Of a DNA stretch of 64,000 nt, positions 38,211 through 48,179 are shown in pieces (the stretch's first letter is position 1; each line of letters begins with the position of its first letter). This DNA is from Bdellovibrio sp. (lineage in GTDB: Bacteria; Bdellovibrionota; Bdellovibrionia; Bdellovibrionales; Bdellovibrionaceae). The notes under the pieces are model-generated. The model saw only the letters and a program-made list of their open reading frames with translations, was not told the origin of the DNA and did no database searches. The position numbers were made by a program, and so were the translations under genes. The stretch lies in NCBI GenBank assembly GCA_036676395.1, contig JAKFCY010000002.1, positions 1,472,001 through 1,536,000 on the forward strand. The letters run 5' to 3'.

Positions 38211-38986
38211 CCCTTAGTAAGCGGAAAAAACGAGACCATAAGTTCATACACATGGTCTTTGTTTTGGCTTTTCTTTTCTAACTCATCAGCGAGGGTGCGG
38301 GTAAACTGCGTGATTTTTTTCTTGGCCTCATCCACTAATGTAGAATCAATCGCTACGGTTAAGGTCATATTTGCTCTTTGTGAATTTGGAATATCATGCA
38401 TAGCCTGCATAGCTTTAGCACCAAACTGCGTAATCGATTGTCTTAAGGCCGTGATATAAGATGCATGATCATCTGAAACAATTCTTAATCCAGGTGTTCC
38501 ATTGCCAGATTTTACTAATTGACCACCTTCAGTTTTATTCAAAAAACCAAGAGTTATTAATCTTTCAACGGCTAATTTTGCTTCGTCGACACTGATTCCA
38601 AGTTTGGTGCTGATCCAAGCAGCCTCTGGCTGAAAATCCGCAAGCAAAGTTAATTCGACGATGGTGATATTGTACCAATTTTGAATTAATTTAAATTCTT
38701 CGTGATGAACTTTTACATCTTGCATGCTCTCAAAATGTTTTATGCCATCAGAGCTTTTTACATATTCGCGGTAAGAAATTAACTCAGGTTCGACAAGCCC
38801 CACAGAAGGCGCTAAGCGATCTAACATTTTTAAAGTGATCGGAACCTTTTTTCGAAGAATTTTAGATAATAGAGATGGTTCGATATTAAGATCACGGGCA
38901 AAAGCCCGTAAAGAGTAACTTGAATTTGTGGATTGTCGTCTTAATAACTCGCTATTCAGAAATGTCGAAAAATTAGCATCATGCAT
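38207..38986 (-). CDS. TIGR02147/DUF4423 family HTH protein
   Basis: YSLRAFARDL.I.PS.LS N-terminal HTH, WY..I.EL, VYEL.VSFFPLT C-terminus. Confidence 0.85.
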   Translation of the reverse strand: MHDANFSTFLNSELLRRQSTNSSYSLRAFARDLNIEPSLLSKILRKKVPITLKMLDRLAPSVGLVEPELISYREYVKSSDGIKHFESMQDVKVHHEEFKLIQNWYNITIVELTLLADFQPEAAWISTKLGISVDEAKLAVERLITLGFLNKTEGGQLVKSGNGTPGLRIVSDDHASYITALRQSITQFGAKAMQAMHDIPNSQRANMTLTVAIDSTLVDEAKKKITQFTRTLADELEKKSQNKDHVYELMVSFFPLTKG

Positions 38987-39152
38987 AAAACAACTATATT
39001 AAATTAGATTTTATTCAAACAAGCTAATTCTTGTGTCGAAATCAAAAAACACACGGTTTTAAGACCATTTAGTGTTCCAAAATCCTTTTCCTGCTTTTTG
39101 GCGTTGGAACGCTAACCGCAGTAACCCTTCGTAACCGAAAGCATCCGTTGAC

Positions 39153-40088
39153 CTAAACCTTCTTCAAATAACTCGCATTACTTTTCACTGGTCGCGACTT
39201 TAAATACTGCCCCGTCGTCGCAAGCGACGCATGCCCAAGAGTAGTTTGCACGACATGAATATCAGCTCCGTTTTCCAAAGCATGAATCGCCGAAGTGTGC
39301 CTGAACCAATGGGGTGATGGGGTTTTTCCGCCCGGCACCTTAATGCCTCCGAGTAAAGTCGCTTTTTTCACGATCTTGAAGATCGTAATTCGCGAAAGCG
39401 GAGCCCCTTCATAATTAAAGATGTAAGCATTAGGTTCTAACTGCGTTTTTTTAATGTACTTTTTAATCTCTTTCCATAAATACGTGCCCGTTAAAACCGT
39501 ACGTATCTTACTCCCCTTGCCAATCACTGTTAGATAAGCGCCTTGAGTATTACGCTTTTGCGTTGAAACCGAAAAGTCTTTAACCTTTATAGTTGATAGT
39601 TCACTTACCCGCAGGCCGGTGAAATACAAAATCTGCAGAATCAAGCGGTCGCGAGGGCTTTGAACTTTCTGAGTCATACGCTTGATCTGTTCGATGGATA
39701 GAACTTTATAATGAAAACTTTCAGTGACTTTTTCTTGTCTGACGACCTTAACTGGACTGCGCGGAATGTAGCCGACGTTTTCTAGATACTGAAATAGCGA
39801 AGATAAACAATTACGATGTAAATTACGTGTTGAAGCAGAGACCTTATCTTTCTTGCGCAGATATAACGTCACCAAAGCCGGCGTGATCTGTTTTAATCCT
39901 AAATGCCAATTGAATGTTAAAAAGTCTCTAATAATGCGCACATAGGTCTTTTTCGTGCGTTCTGAGAAATGGCCTTGATTTAACCACGCCCAAATCTGAA
40001 TTGATTCTTCAGACTGCAAATAGGTCGATAACTGCGATTTATCCGAGAAAAAATTGTTATCATTTAAAACGACTAAGCCCTGCTTCAT
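39153..40088 (-). CDS. Tyrosine recombinase (integrase/resolvase)
   Basis: SAM-like N-domain (SERTKKTY), catalytic R (TGLRVSE), K (GKGSK), HWFRH, LGH, Y (TGQY) all intact. Confidence 0.95.
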   Translation of the reverse strand: MKQGLVVLNDNNFFSDKSQLSTYLQSEESIQIWAWLNQGHFSERTKKTYVRIIRDFLTFNWHLGLKQITPALVTLYLRKKDKVSASTRNLHRNCLSSLFQYLENVGYIPRSPVKVVRQEKVTESFHYKVLSIEQIKRMTQKVQSPRDRLILQILYFTGLRVSELSTIKVKDFSVSTQKRNTQGAYLTVIGKGSKIRTVLTGTYLWKEIKKYIKKTQLEPNAYIFNYEGAPLSRITIFKIVKKATLLGGIKVPGGKTPSPHWFRHTSAIHALENGADIHVVQTTLGHASLATTGQYLKSRPVKSNASYLKKV

Positions 40089-40375
40089 TGAAAATCCATT
40101 TCTAATGATAAGATTTGGTAATTAACTTCGGGTTTAACGCGGTTACGCCCATCTGATTTGGTCTTTTTCAAACTCACCAACCCCTTTTGCGCCAGAAAAT
40201 TGACCTCTTTTTGAATGTAAGGCTGAGACTTTTGCAGCGTGTTTGCGAGCTCATAAACCGACTCTGGCTTTAAGCTTTTTATCTGCCAAAGCAGCTCTAG
40301 GCGCTGCTTTGAAAGCCCTGCGAATAAATCGATAAAATCCTGCATTTTCTTGACCTTAATCAACATTTTTTTCAT
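40085..40375 (-). CDS. Small winged-HTH regulator
   Basis: RLELL..I...PESVYELA..L.KS...I..EV..L...GLV; overlaps the recombinase start (ATGA). Confidence 0.8.
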   Translation of the reverse strand: MKKMLIKVKKMQDFIDLFAGLSKQRLELLWQIKSLKPESVYELANTLQKSQPYIQKEVNFLAQKGLVSLKKTKSDGRNRVKPEVNYQILSLEMDFQ

Positions 40376-40412
40376 ATACTTAATTTTATCATATATTACT
40401 TAAAATGCAATA

Positions 40413-40440
40413 CGTTAACAAAACTAAACTTATGTTAACC
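40413..40440. other. Second dif/res-like recombination site
   Basis: CGTTAACAAAA-CTAAAC-TTATGTTAACC: 11-6-11 inverted repeat (9/11 symmetric), XerD-like arm. Confidence 0.6.
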
Positions 40441-40505
40441 ATTGATTTTTTGAATTTGGATTTTAAGGCTTGATTTTAAAGTGGAAGTTTTGGAAGATTA
40501 GACCC

Positions 40506-40988
40506 ATGAGAAACAACATCACTGACTTTACTTATCCGATCATCTTCAAGCACATTCATGGTTTTTTAACGGTTTCGGTTCCAGACTTGGGAATTGACGC
40601 CAAGGTTGCTGTTCCGAACGATTTTTTTCAGACAAAAAAACTAGAGGAAAATAAAGAAATTATTTGGCAGATATTTTCACAAGTTATGAAAGACTCGGTG
40701 TCACATCTTGAAACTAAGAAATGGATACCTAACGCGTCGCAAATCAAAACTCAGCTCAAAACCGCAGAGAAAGACTATAGCCTTCCTGAATTTTGCCGGG
40801 CCGTTCAAAAACATATAACAGTCAGCGAAAACACTTTGCGCCGAGAGATCTCAAAAGGAAAGATTATTTGCTATACTACTGAAGGCGGACACAGACGAAT
40901 TCCAGAATCAGAACTGCAACGCTATATTAAAAGTTCTCTAAATAATACCGCGGGCTCAAATCCCCCGGAACAGGACGGTCACTTATGA
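40506..40988 (+). CDS. Excisionase-like (HTH_17/MerR-type) DNA-binding protein with HicB-like N-terminus
   Basis: VSENTLRR...G.I..Y.T.GGHRRIP; N-terminal 'YPIIF...TVSVPDL'. Confidence 0.75.
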   Translation: MRNNITDFTYPIIFKHIHGFLTVSVPDLGIDAKVAVPNDFFQTKKLEENKEIIWQIFSQVMKDSVSHLETKKWIPNASQIKTQLKTAEKDYSLPEFCRAVQKHITVSENTLRREISKGKIICYTTEGGHRRIPESELQRYIKSSLNNTAGSNPPEQDGHL

Positions 40989-41533
40989 AAAACATCTTAC
41001 TTGCATTTTTATCTCTTCAATTAATTAGCATGGCAGCTTTGGCAGAAACCGCGTACCTAGGTGGAGGCTGTTTCTGGGGTGTTCAGGATTTACTGCGTAA
41101 GCAGCCAGGGGTTACAGCAACCGAAGTAGGTTACATGGGTGGCGAAGAAGCTAAAGCTAACTATGAACTTGTTAAAACCGGAAAAACCGAATTTGCCGAA
41201 ACTGTGAAGATTGATTTTGACCCAAAGAAAACATCTTATGAAAAACTGTTATTATACTTTTTCAAGATTCACGATCCAACTACGATGAATCAACAAGGTA
41301 ATGATAAAGGCCGCCAATACCGAAGCGTGATCTTCTACACAACAGACAAACAGCGAACAACCGCTCAGGATATGATTGCGAAAATTAATAAATCCAAAGC
41401 TTGGAAAAAACCGATCGTTACCGAAGTTGTACCGAGCTCACGCTGGATTAAAGCTGAAGATTATCATCAAGATTATTTAGTGAAAAATCCGGCAGGATAT
41501 ACCTGCCATTTTGAGCGGAAAATTGAATTTTAG
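40985..41533 (+). CDS. msrA: Peptide methionine sulfoxide reductase A (with signal peptide)
   Basis: GGCFWG, GY.GG, HDPT..N.QGND.G.QYRS, AEDYHQDYL. Confidence 0.96.
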   Translation: MKNILLAFLSLQLISMAALAETAYLGGGCFWGVQDLLRKQPGVTATEVGYMGGEEAKANYELVKTGKTEFAETVKIDFDPKKTSYEKLLLYFFKIHDPTTMNQQGNDKGRQYRSVIFYTTDKQRTTAQDMIAKINKSKAWKKPIVTEVVPSSRWIKAEDYHQDYLVKNPAGYTCHFERKIEF

Positions 41534-41547
41534 ATAGTTCTATTAGT

Positions 41548-42900
41548 TTAGTAAGAATTTTTCGGAAAATAAAAAGTTCTACTTGCGGGAAAAGTGGTCG
41601 CAAAACTTTGCCATGGAATTTCGCTGTTATCCAACACAAAGTTATCTAAATCGCGAGCCTGATTACAAGAAACCCCCGATAAGCCCGGACAATCAGTTGG
41701 CGCAGATCCTGACTCATCAGCACCAACTGGAGAAGATACTCCGGTACTCATGTAAGTTTCTAGCGCAGCAACAGTATCCCATTCTTGAACTTTCATTCGA
41801 ATACGATAATTCGTCTCAAAAGCCTCATCTAAACAATCAAACAAATAGTCTGCATTCCCTGATCGAACTGGCGTACCAGAACGATCACTAATCGGCGTGA
41901 TAAAATAAGGATTCACCGAGGTTGTTCCTGAAAGTGCCGCATAACCGGCATGCGTATGTGTCCCGACTGTAAAAAAGTTAGCTACGACAAAATTTTCCTG
42001 AGCACCGTTTACAGATTTACTTACATCCTTAACGGTGTAAATTTTAGTACGTTTTTTATCTGGAGTCATTTTCTCTATTAAAGAAGAAGGATAGCCATTT
42101 TGGTCGTAAGTTTCCCAACTAGTTTTACCAGGCCCACCTATACATGAAGCCACATTACCTCCCCATGATTTACCGCGCTCGTCAGTAGGTGTTGTTCCAT
42201 CAGGAGTAACAACAGTAGTTCGCAAACGGTATTTGCCAAAACAGCAATTTTGGCCACCGTCTTCATCAGAAGTATCGTATTTACATTTAACACTAACTTC
42301 TTCTGCAAAATCGAATTCAATATCATTCCAAGAAGTCGGAGGAGTCGGAGTCGTGCAGCTTACTGGTGTACTGCCATCTACAGAACATAAAGAACTAGTC
42401 ACTGTGCCACTGGCATCTTTAACTACACTAACAACAACATCGGTTGGCCCAGTACCTACTTCATAATTGTAATACCAGTAAGGATATGTTTCGATGTATT
42501 TACATTGATTCACAGGCACATTGTATTGAAATTTTATTCCACTAAAAAACAATGATAATTCACCGATCTCAACCACGCATGTTAAATCATTTATTAATGA
42601 TGAACTTGTGAATGAACATTTCTGAGAATACGCGCCGGCAACGCTTGAAAAATTTGTATAATCAACTGTATCCGGAACTGTGACGAATATGTTTCCTTCA
42701 TCATAGCCTGCTGGAATTGTAGCGTTCTCTTCTTCTTCCTCGGTCGTAGGCTCAGATGAAGTCGGCGTTGGATCTACTGTTGTTGTGCCTGAAGTTGTCG
42801 TACTAGCCAAAGTACTTTGGTTTCCTCCGCAGGAAGTAAAAAATAATCCTGCGAAACTTAATAAGACAATTGCTTGTACAACTTTTAAAGATCCATTCAT
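41548..42900 (-). CDS. Cys/Ser/Thr-rich lipoprotein of unknown function
   Basis: ATG 42900 with GGAGG RBS; FTS-C lipobox, Thr/Glu linker, many Cys. Confidence 0.75.
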   Translation of the reverse strand: MNGSLKVVQAIVLLSFAGLFFTSCGGNQSTLASTTTSGTTTVDPTPTSSEPTTEEEEENATIPAGYDEGNIFVTVPDTVDYTNFSSVAGAYSQKCSFTSSSLINDLTCVVEIGELSLFFSGIKFQYNVPVNQCKYIETYPYWYYNYEVGTGPTDVVVSVVKDASGTVTSSLCSVDGSTPVSCTTPTPPTSWNDIEFDFAEEVSVKCKYDTSDEDGGQNCCFGKYRLRTTVVTPDGTTPTDERGKSWGGNVASCIGGPGKTSWETYDQNGYPSSLIEKMTPDKKRTKIYTVKDVSKSVNGAQENFVVANFFTVGTHTHAGYAALSGTTSVNPYFITPISDRSGTPVRSGNADYLFDCLDEAFETNYRIRMKVQEWDTVAALETYMSTGVSSPVGADESGSAPTDCPGLSGVSCNQARDLDNFVLDNSEIPWQSFATTFPASRTFYFPKNSY

Positions 42901-43011
42901 AGATCCTCCAACCATTTTTTGATTACGGACAAGTTCATGCGGTTTATGCATACTCTATTATCGTAACAATAATGATCAGAGGCGTCCCCTAGACTTGTAT
43001 CAATCTAGACA

Positions 43012-45909
43012 TTAGTCTTTCAATGCGGGAGTGATATCAAAAGCTTCGTTTTTGCCATTACGCAAGACTAAGATCTTGGTCTTCACGTCTGGCTTAACCG
43101 ACTGTAGCGTGTAGACATAATCGTAGATGTTTTCAATCTTAGTTTGATCAAAACCGGTGATCACATCACCCGAAACCAGGCCTGCTTTTTCAGCCGGAGA
43201 GTTTTTCGCAACGCCAGTGATACGCACGCCCTTAACGCCTTCTTGCGAGTAATCAGGAATTGTTCCTAAGAAAATTCTAAAACTTCGGCCTTCTAATTGT
43301 TTGCCAGAATTACTTTCGACTTTTTCGTATTTCAAAATGTCTTTATCAGTTTTTGCAATGGCATCACCGAAATACTGAACCACAGTGATTGTATCTTTTA
43401 GCCCTGAGTAATTTAGAGTTTCTGGCTTATCCAGCGGCGTATGATATTCATTATGCGCACCTGTGAAAAATGATATTGACGGCACACCGGCTAAATAAAT
43501 CGACATAGAATCTGTTGGCAAATACGGATCAGAAGTTAAGTTTAAGGCAACACCTGTTTTAATCGATGAAGCTTCAGCTAATGCACGAAAACCTTCGGCC
43601 GAACCCACGCCTTGAATATTTAAATTATCGCGCAAGCGACCGATCATATCCATATTAAGGCCTGCGGCGAACACATCACTCATCTTTTTATATTTTTTCA
43701 CAAAGTGGTGCGAACCAAGAACACCGATTTCTTCGCCAGACCAAACCGCGAAATATAGCGGGCGCTTAAGTTCTTTTTTTTGTGTTGAATAAGAGTGGGC
43801 TAATTCTAAAACACCGGCAACACCTGATGCATTATCATCTGCGCCGTAATGGATTTTATCTTTGTGTTTACTAGTTGCTAATGAAGAGCCCGGAAGCCCT
43901 AAACCCAAATGATCACCATGAGCGCCCACTAAAATCGCTTTTGCTTTTTTAGAAGTCGCAGGATCGAGGCGAGCAATCACATTGCGGCCAGTTGATTTAT
44001 TAGTTAATAAATCAATAGTTGCCGAAAAATATTGAGAAGTTAGATTAAAGCCAACAACCGAATCATAGCTATCATATTTTGTTTTTACTTGATCATAACT
44101 AGTTAAGTCTTTGTTACCTGAAGTGTTTTTTAAAAGTTTTTCAAAGACTGCCGTCGTGATTTTTACAATCGGAAGTTGTGAATCAGATAAACTGCCGGCA
44201 AATTTTAAATCGCTGATCTTGTTTTTATCTTTTGTTTCTTCAACCAAAATTACACCAAATGCACCGGCATTTTTGGCCACCGTAATCTTATGTTGCATCC
44301 GCGAGAATGATAATAAGTATGTGTGTTTCGAGAATTCTTTCTTAGCAGGCTTTGGCGCTTCGTCTAAAATGACAACCCATTTACCTTTAACATCTAAATC
44401 TTTATACGAATCAAACCCTGAAAATTCGCTATGTGCAGGGGCTTTAATCCCAAACCCTGCAAACACAATCGGAGCCGCGTTAAACGCACCCGTCTTAGAA
44501 TATGAAATCAACTGATAGTCTTCGTTTAATTTTAAACTTTGTTCGAAACGACCTTTAAATTCAGCTCTGTTTTTTTCACCAGCTGTTACGCCTGAAATAA
44601 ACTCGAACGTCTGAATAAAATTTTTGCCATCGGCCGGAACCAAGCCCCATGATTTAAATAAATCGGCGATTTTTTGCGTGTAAACTTTTTCTTCTTCAGA
44701 GCCAGTAAAACGGCCTTTAAATTCTTCGCTCGCTAAATAAGAAACGATCGCCTTAGTGTCTTGTTCTCGAATTTCAGGCTTAAGATCAGTAAGTGTAGCC
44801 GCAGGTTTTGCTTTCGCTTCTGATAACCCTAATAGCTTTCTAGCCTTTACATCATCCCAATCAGCGATGTAAATCTGGCTTTCGCCTTTTTCATTTTTAT
44901 GTGACCACGTGATTTTTTTGGCATCCGGTGAAAAAGTCGCAAGACCATCAAAACCCTCAGCAAAAGTTACGCGCTTTGGTTCTTTTAAGCCTTCGGCATC
45001 CACAATAAATAATTCGAAATTAGAATACCCACCTACTGTCGTATTAAAAATAATGTAATCCCCGCTTGGATGAAAAAATGGAGCCCAAGACATCGAATTT
45101 AAACGTGTGATTTGTTTTTGGTTTTTGCCATCAACATCCATCGTAAAAATTTCAGCCGAGGCACCTGATTCAGAAAATCGGCGCCAAGTGATTTTTTTAC
45201 CATCAGCAGAAAAGAAAGGCCCACCGTCATAACCAGAACTTGTGGTTAAACGTTTTACATCACTGCCATCGGCTTTCATGATGTAGATTTCCATAAAGTA
45301 CGATGGATCTTGTTTAAACTTTTTATCTTCTTCTGCAGTTAATTTGTGATCATAAGCGATGCGATTCGACGCAAACGCGATGTACTGACCATCCGGAGAA
45401 TAAGAACCTTCCGCATCGTAACCTAATTCTTTAGTTAAACGCTTTTGATTTTTACCTTCAAGGTTTGATTCAAAAATATCAAAATGTTCGTCAAAGCTCC
45501 ATGAATAGCGGCCTTTAACAGGGTTTGCACGCAAGGCTAACTCTTCTTTAACTTTTGCCGGAATCTGTTTATCTAAGTGAGTTGATGACCACATCACTTT
45601 TTGCATATTCGGATGAACCCAGCCACAAGTGGTTTTACCTTGCCCCGGAGAAAGCCTTTGCACACTTCCCGATTCAAGATCCATGATAAACATCTGGTAA
45701 AAAGGGTTACCCGGTTCACGCTCTGACTGAAACACCATTTTTTTGCCATCAGCACTAAAATAGCCCTCGCCCGATTTTGGCCCAACGAAAGTAATTTGTT
45801 TGGCGTTTTGAATCAGCTTTGGATCTTCACTCAATGCATCCGCGCCTAAATAAATAACCGCAGCTAATGGTAAAATTGAAATTCTAATTAAACTTTTTAA
45901 ATTCTTCAT
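43012..45909 (-). CDS. M28 peptidase with TolB-like PD40 propeller, PA and PDZ domains
   Basis: Repeated PD40 (FSADG), GAHGDH, GADDNASG, SGEEIG, NMDMIG, YHTP.D, PDZ (SPAEKAGL..GDVI). Confidence 0.93.
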   Translation of the reverse strand: MKNLKSLIRISILPLAAVIYLGADALSEDPKLIQNAKQITFVGPKSGEGYFSADGKKMVFQSEREPGNPFYQMFIMDLESGSVQRLSPGQGKTTCGWVHPNMQKVMWSSTHLDKQIPAKVKEELALRANPVKGRYSWSFDEHFDIFESNLEGKNQKRLTKELGYDAEGSYSPDGQYIAFASNRIAYDHKLTAEEDKKFKQDPSYFMEIYIMKADGSDVKRLTTSSGYDGGPFFSADGKKITWRRFSESGASAEIFTMDVDGKNQKQITRLNSMSWAPFFHPSGDYIIFNTTVGGYSNFELFIVDAEGLKEPKRVTFAEGFDGLATFSPDAKKITWSHKNEKGESQIYIADWDDVKARKLLGLSEAKAKPAATLTDLKPEIREQDTKAIVSYLASEEFKGRFTGSEEEKVYTQKIADLFKSWGLVPADGKNFIQTFEFISGVTAGEKNRAEFKGRFEQSLKLNEDYQLISYSKTGAFNAAPIVFAGFGIKAPAHSEFSGFDSYKDLDVKGKWVVILDEAPKPAKKEFSKHTYLLSFSRMQHKITVAKNAGAFGVILVEETKDKNKISDLKFAGSLSDSQLPIVKITTAVFEKLLKNTSGNKDLTSYDQVKTKYDSYDSVVGFNLTSQYFSATIDLLTNKSTGRNVIARLDPATSKKAKAILVGAHGDHLGLGLPGSSLATSKHKDKIHYGADDNASGVAGVLELAHSYSTQKKELKRPLYFAVWSGEEIGVLGSHHFVKKYKKMSDVFAAGLNMDMIGRLRDNLNIQGVGSAEGFRALAEASSIKTGVALNLTSDPYLPTDSMSIYLAGVPSISFFTGAHNEYHTPLDKPETLNYSGLKDTITVVQYFGDAIAKTDKDILKYEKVESNSGKQLEGRSFRIFLGTIPDYSQEGVKGVRITGVAKNSPAEKAGLVSGDVITGFDQTKIENIYDYVYTLQSVKPDVKTKILVLRNGKNEAFDITPALKD

Positions 45910-45954
45910 ATAAACTGTAATCCTTAAGGTATATAAAAACTTAAAAGGAATTTT

Positions 45955-46500
45955 ATGAATTGGGTATTACTTTGTGTCTCTTTATTTATTTTCAGCTGCC
46001 AAAACCAACCACTGGCTGCCGACAAGAAACCTGCTTCAATTAAAAGCTATGTCTCTTTAGATCTTGCATACCCTGAATATCAACAAACTCTCAATAAGCT
46101 TGATGCATTTTTAAGCACTAAGCTTATCAACCGCGGCGAAGCCCATATTACGGTGATCACCCCACCTGAATTTACAAAAATAACAGCCAAGGTTTCACCC
46201 GAAACCATTCACCAAGAATGGGAAGAGTGGAAAACAAAAACTTTCAAAAAAGTGTGTTTAGGCGAAGGCAGTTTAAAAGAAAAAAACCAAGTTTTAAAAA
46301 CCTATTACGTGGTCGTTGAAGCACCTGAATTATTAGCGTTTCGTGAATATCTAAAAAACAAATACGCCGTCGTTGATTTTAAGGCTAACGTGTTTTACCC
46401 GCATATCACGCTTGGTTTTACCGAAAAAGATTTGCACTTTGAACAAGGCGTAATTAAAGATCTGAAATCTTGTCCTAAGAAATTACAGCACCTTTTATAA
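45955..46500 (+). CDS. 2H phosphoesterase family lipoprotein
   Basis: FS-C lipobox; two HxT motifs (HITV, HITL). Confidence 0.8.
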   Translation: MNWVLLCVSLFIFSCQNQPLAADKKPASIKSYVSLDLAYPEYQQTLNKLDAFLSTKLINRGEAHITVITPPEFTKITAKVSPETIHQEWEEWKTKTFKKVCLGEGSLKEKNQVLKTYYVVVEAPELLAFREYLKNKYAVVDFKANVFYPHITLGFTEKDLHFEQGVIKDLKSCPKKLQHLL

Positions 46501-47612
46501 TGAAAGTCTGTGATTTAGCTTCGACATGCCCGGGCTGTTCATTATGGGGCATAGCTTATACCGAACAATTGACGCAAAAAACTAAGCGTCTGCAAGATTT
46601 ATTTCTTGGGCACCTAAGCCCGCAACAAATCAAAACTCACTCTGCAGGGGAACATTCAATGCGTGAGCGTTTTGATTTTATTATTAAAGATAAAAAAGTT
46701 GGGCTGATCGACAAAGATAGAAATTTTATCCCAATTAGCGAATGTTTACAGCTTACTCCCAAATTACAGCACGCTTTAGATTTGCTAACTAAAACTGACT
46801 TCAATATTCGCATCGGCACAATCAGGCTACGCGCCTCAAGCCGTGGACAAGTACAAAAGTTCGGACTGTGGCTTGATTTTGCCAATAACGATATTAAAAA
46901 CCTATTAGTTGAAAAAACTATTTTAAAAAAACTATCTGAAAACTTTTTTATCGAAGTCGGACAAAAAAAGAAATGTCTGGATGAATCGACATTTGATAAA
47001 GAGCAAATCAAATTAGCTGATCCCAAAATGCAGCCTTGGTTTCACACTTATAATTATAAAACTAAAACTCCCATAGATCTAAACTGCGCTGTCAGTAGTT
47101 TCACCCAACCATCGGCTGCCACGGCAAAGCTAATGACTGATATCATCGCCGACTGGATGATAGAGCCCGCCCAAAATGTTTGGGAGTTCGGCTGCGGCAT
47201 CGGTCAATATACTTTTTCATTATTAAGCTTAGAACACAAAGTGAATGTTTTTGAAAACGATGAATTCGCCTTAGAGTGCGTAAAACAAACTGCGATACAT
47301 AATCATTTACTTAAAAGTTTAACAATACACAGTGGCGACTTTCAAAGACCACAAAATCTAAAAGTCAGCGAAAAACCAGATGTGGTCTTAGTTAATCCAC
47401 CAAAATCCGGATTAAAAAGTTTTACCCAAAACGTGATCGCAGCTGAACCGAAAAAAATAATCTATGTTTCTTGTTATCCAGAATCCCTAAGAGCTGATAG
47501 TGAAATATTTTTGCAGGCAAACTATAAAATCATCAATGCACATATTGTTGATCAATTTCCGCAGACAAATCATTTTGAAGTTGTGATGTTATTTGAGAGA
47601 GTAAATATTTAA
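46500..47612 (+). CDS. TrmA/RlmD-family RNA m5U methyltransferase
   Basis: CPGC, SFTQ, FGCGIG, NPPKSG, IYVSC, DQFPQT.HFE. Confidence 0.88.
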   Translation: MKVCDLASTCPGCSLWGIAYTEQLTQKTKRLQDLFLGHLSPQQIKTHSAGEHSMRERFDFIIKDKKVGLIDKDRNFIPISECLQLTPKLQHALDLLTKTDFNIRIGTIRLRASSRGQVQKFGLWLDFANNDIKNLLVEKTILKKLSENFFIEVGQKKKCLDESTFDKEQIKLADPKMQPWFHTYNYKTKTPIDLNCAVSSFTQPSAATAKLMTDIIADWMIEPAQNVWEFGCGIGQYTFSLLSLEHKVNVFENDEFALECVKQTAIHNHLLKSLTIHSGDFQRPQNLKVSEKPDVVLVNPPKSGLKSFTQNVIAAEPKKIIYVSCYPESLRADSEIFLQANYKIINAHIVDQFPQTNHFEVVMLFERVNI

Positions 47613-48179
47613 GCCAGTAATCCGGCCTGCGATATCTTTTTTTACTAATAAAGATAGGAGCGGTAAAGTAATAATTCCTGTCAATAAAGTCATGGTCGTG
47701 CGAATAACCACGCGGGCTAAATAAGATCTTTTGACGCGTTCATGAGGCTGGCCTAAACGCAAAGCACAGGTGTGCTCACCGAGAGAAGCTCCGGTTAAAG
47801 TGCGACTTGCGATAAAATACATCCACCCGCAGAAAGTAAAAAAAACTAAAAACGTCATCAACACATTTTCATGCGACAATGTAAAACCTAAAGTTTGTTT
47901 TAAACCCAGTTTAAGCAGCACTGACAAACACAACATAAAAAAACAACTCATAGCCGCAATCACTAATGTGTCGATCGTTGCGGCTAACCACATCCAAATT
48001 GATAAGCGAAAGCCTGTTCGTTTTTGCGGACCGCCTAAAAAACCAAGATCGAAATCAACCGCATTGTAATTACTACGAAAAAGTGGAGACTTTATTAAAT
48101 CTCCACTCGTACCAGAGTCTTTTTTAGGAACTCTGGTTTTTTCTATTTCGTTACGTGATCGATCTTTTTCAATAATCAT
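47589..48179 (-). CDS. RDD family membrane protein
   Basis: AATID, G.SLG...LR, R...., D..G pattern; TAATG overlap with the upstream gene. Confidence 0.7.
   Translation of the reverse strand: MIIEKDRSRNEIEKTRVPKKDSGTSGDLIKSPLFRSNYNAVDFDLGFLGGPQKRTGFRLSIWMWLAATIDTLVIAAMSCFFMLCLSVLLKLGLKQTLGFTLSHENVLMTFLVFFTFCGWMYFIASRTLTGASLGEHTCALRLGQPHERVKRSYLARVVIRTTMTLLTGIITLPLLSLLVKKDIAGRITGLNIYSLK

Noticed and set aside
39153..40088. Housekeeping xerC or xerD
   Set aside because: Coupling to an HTH and an excisionase-like gene and divergent motifs (HWFRHTSAIHAL) fit a mobile-element recombinase better; no symbol assigned
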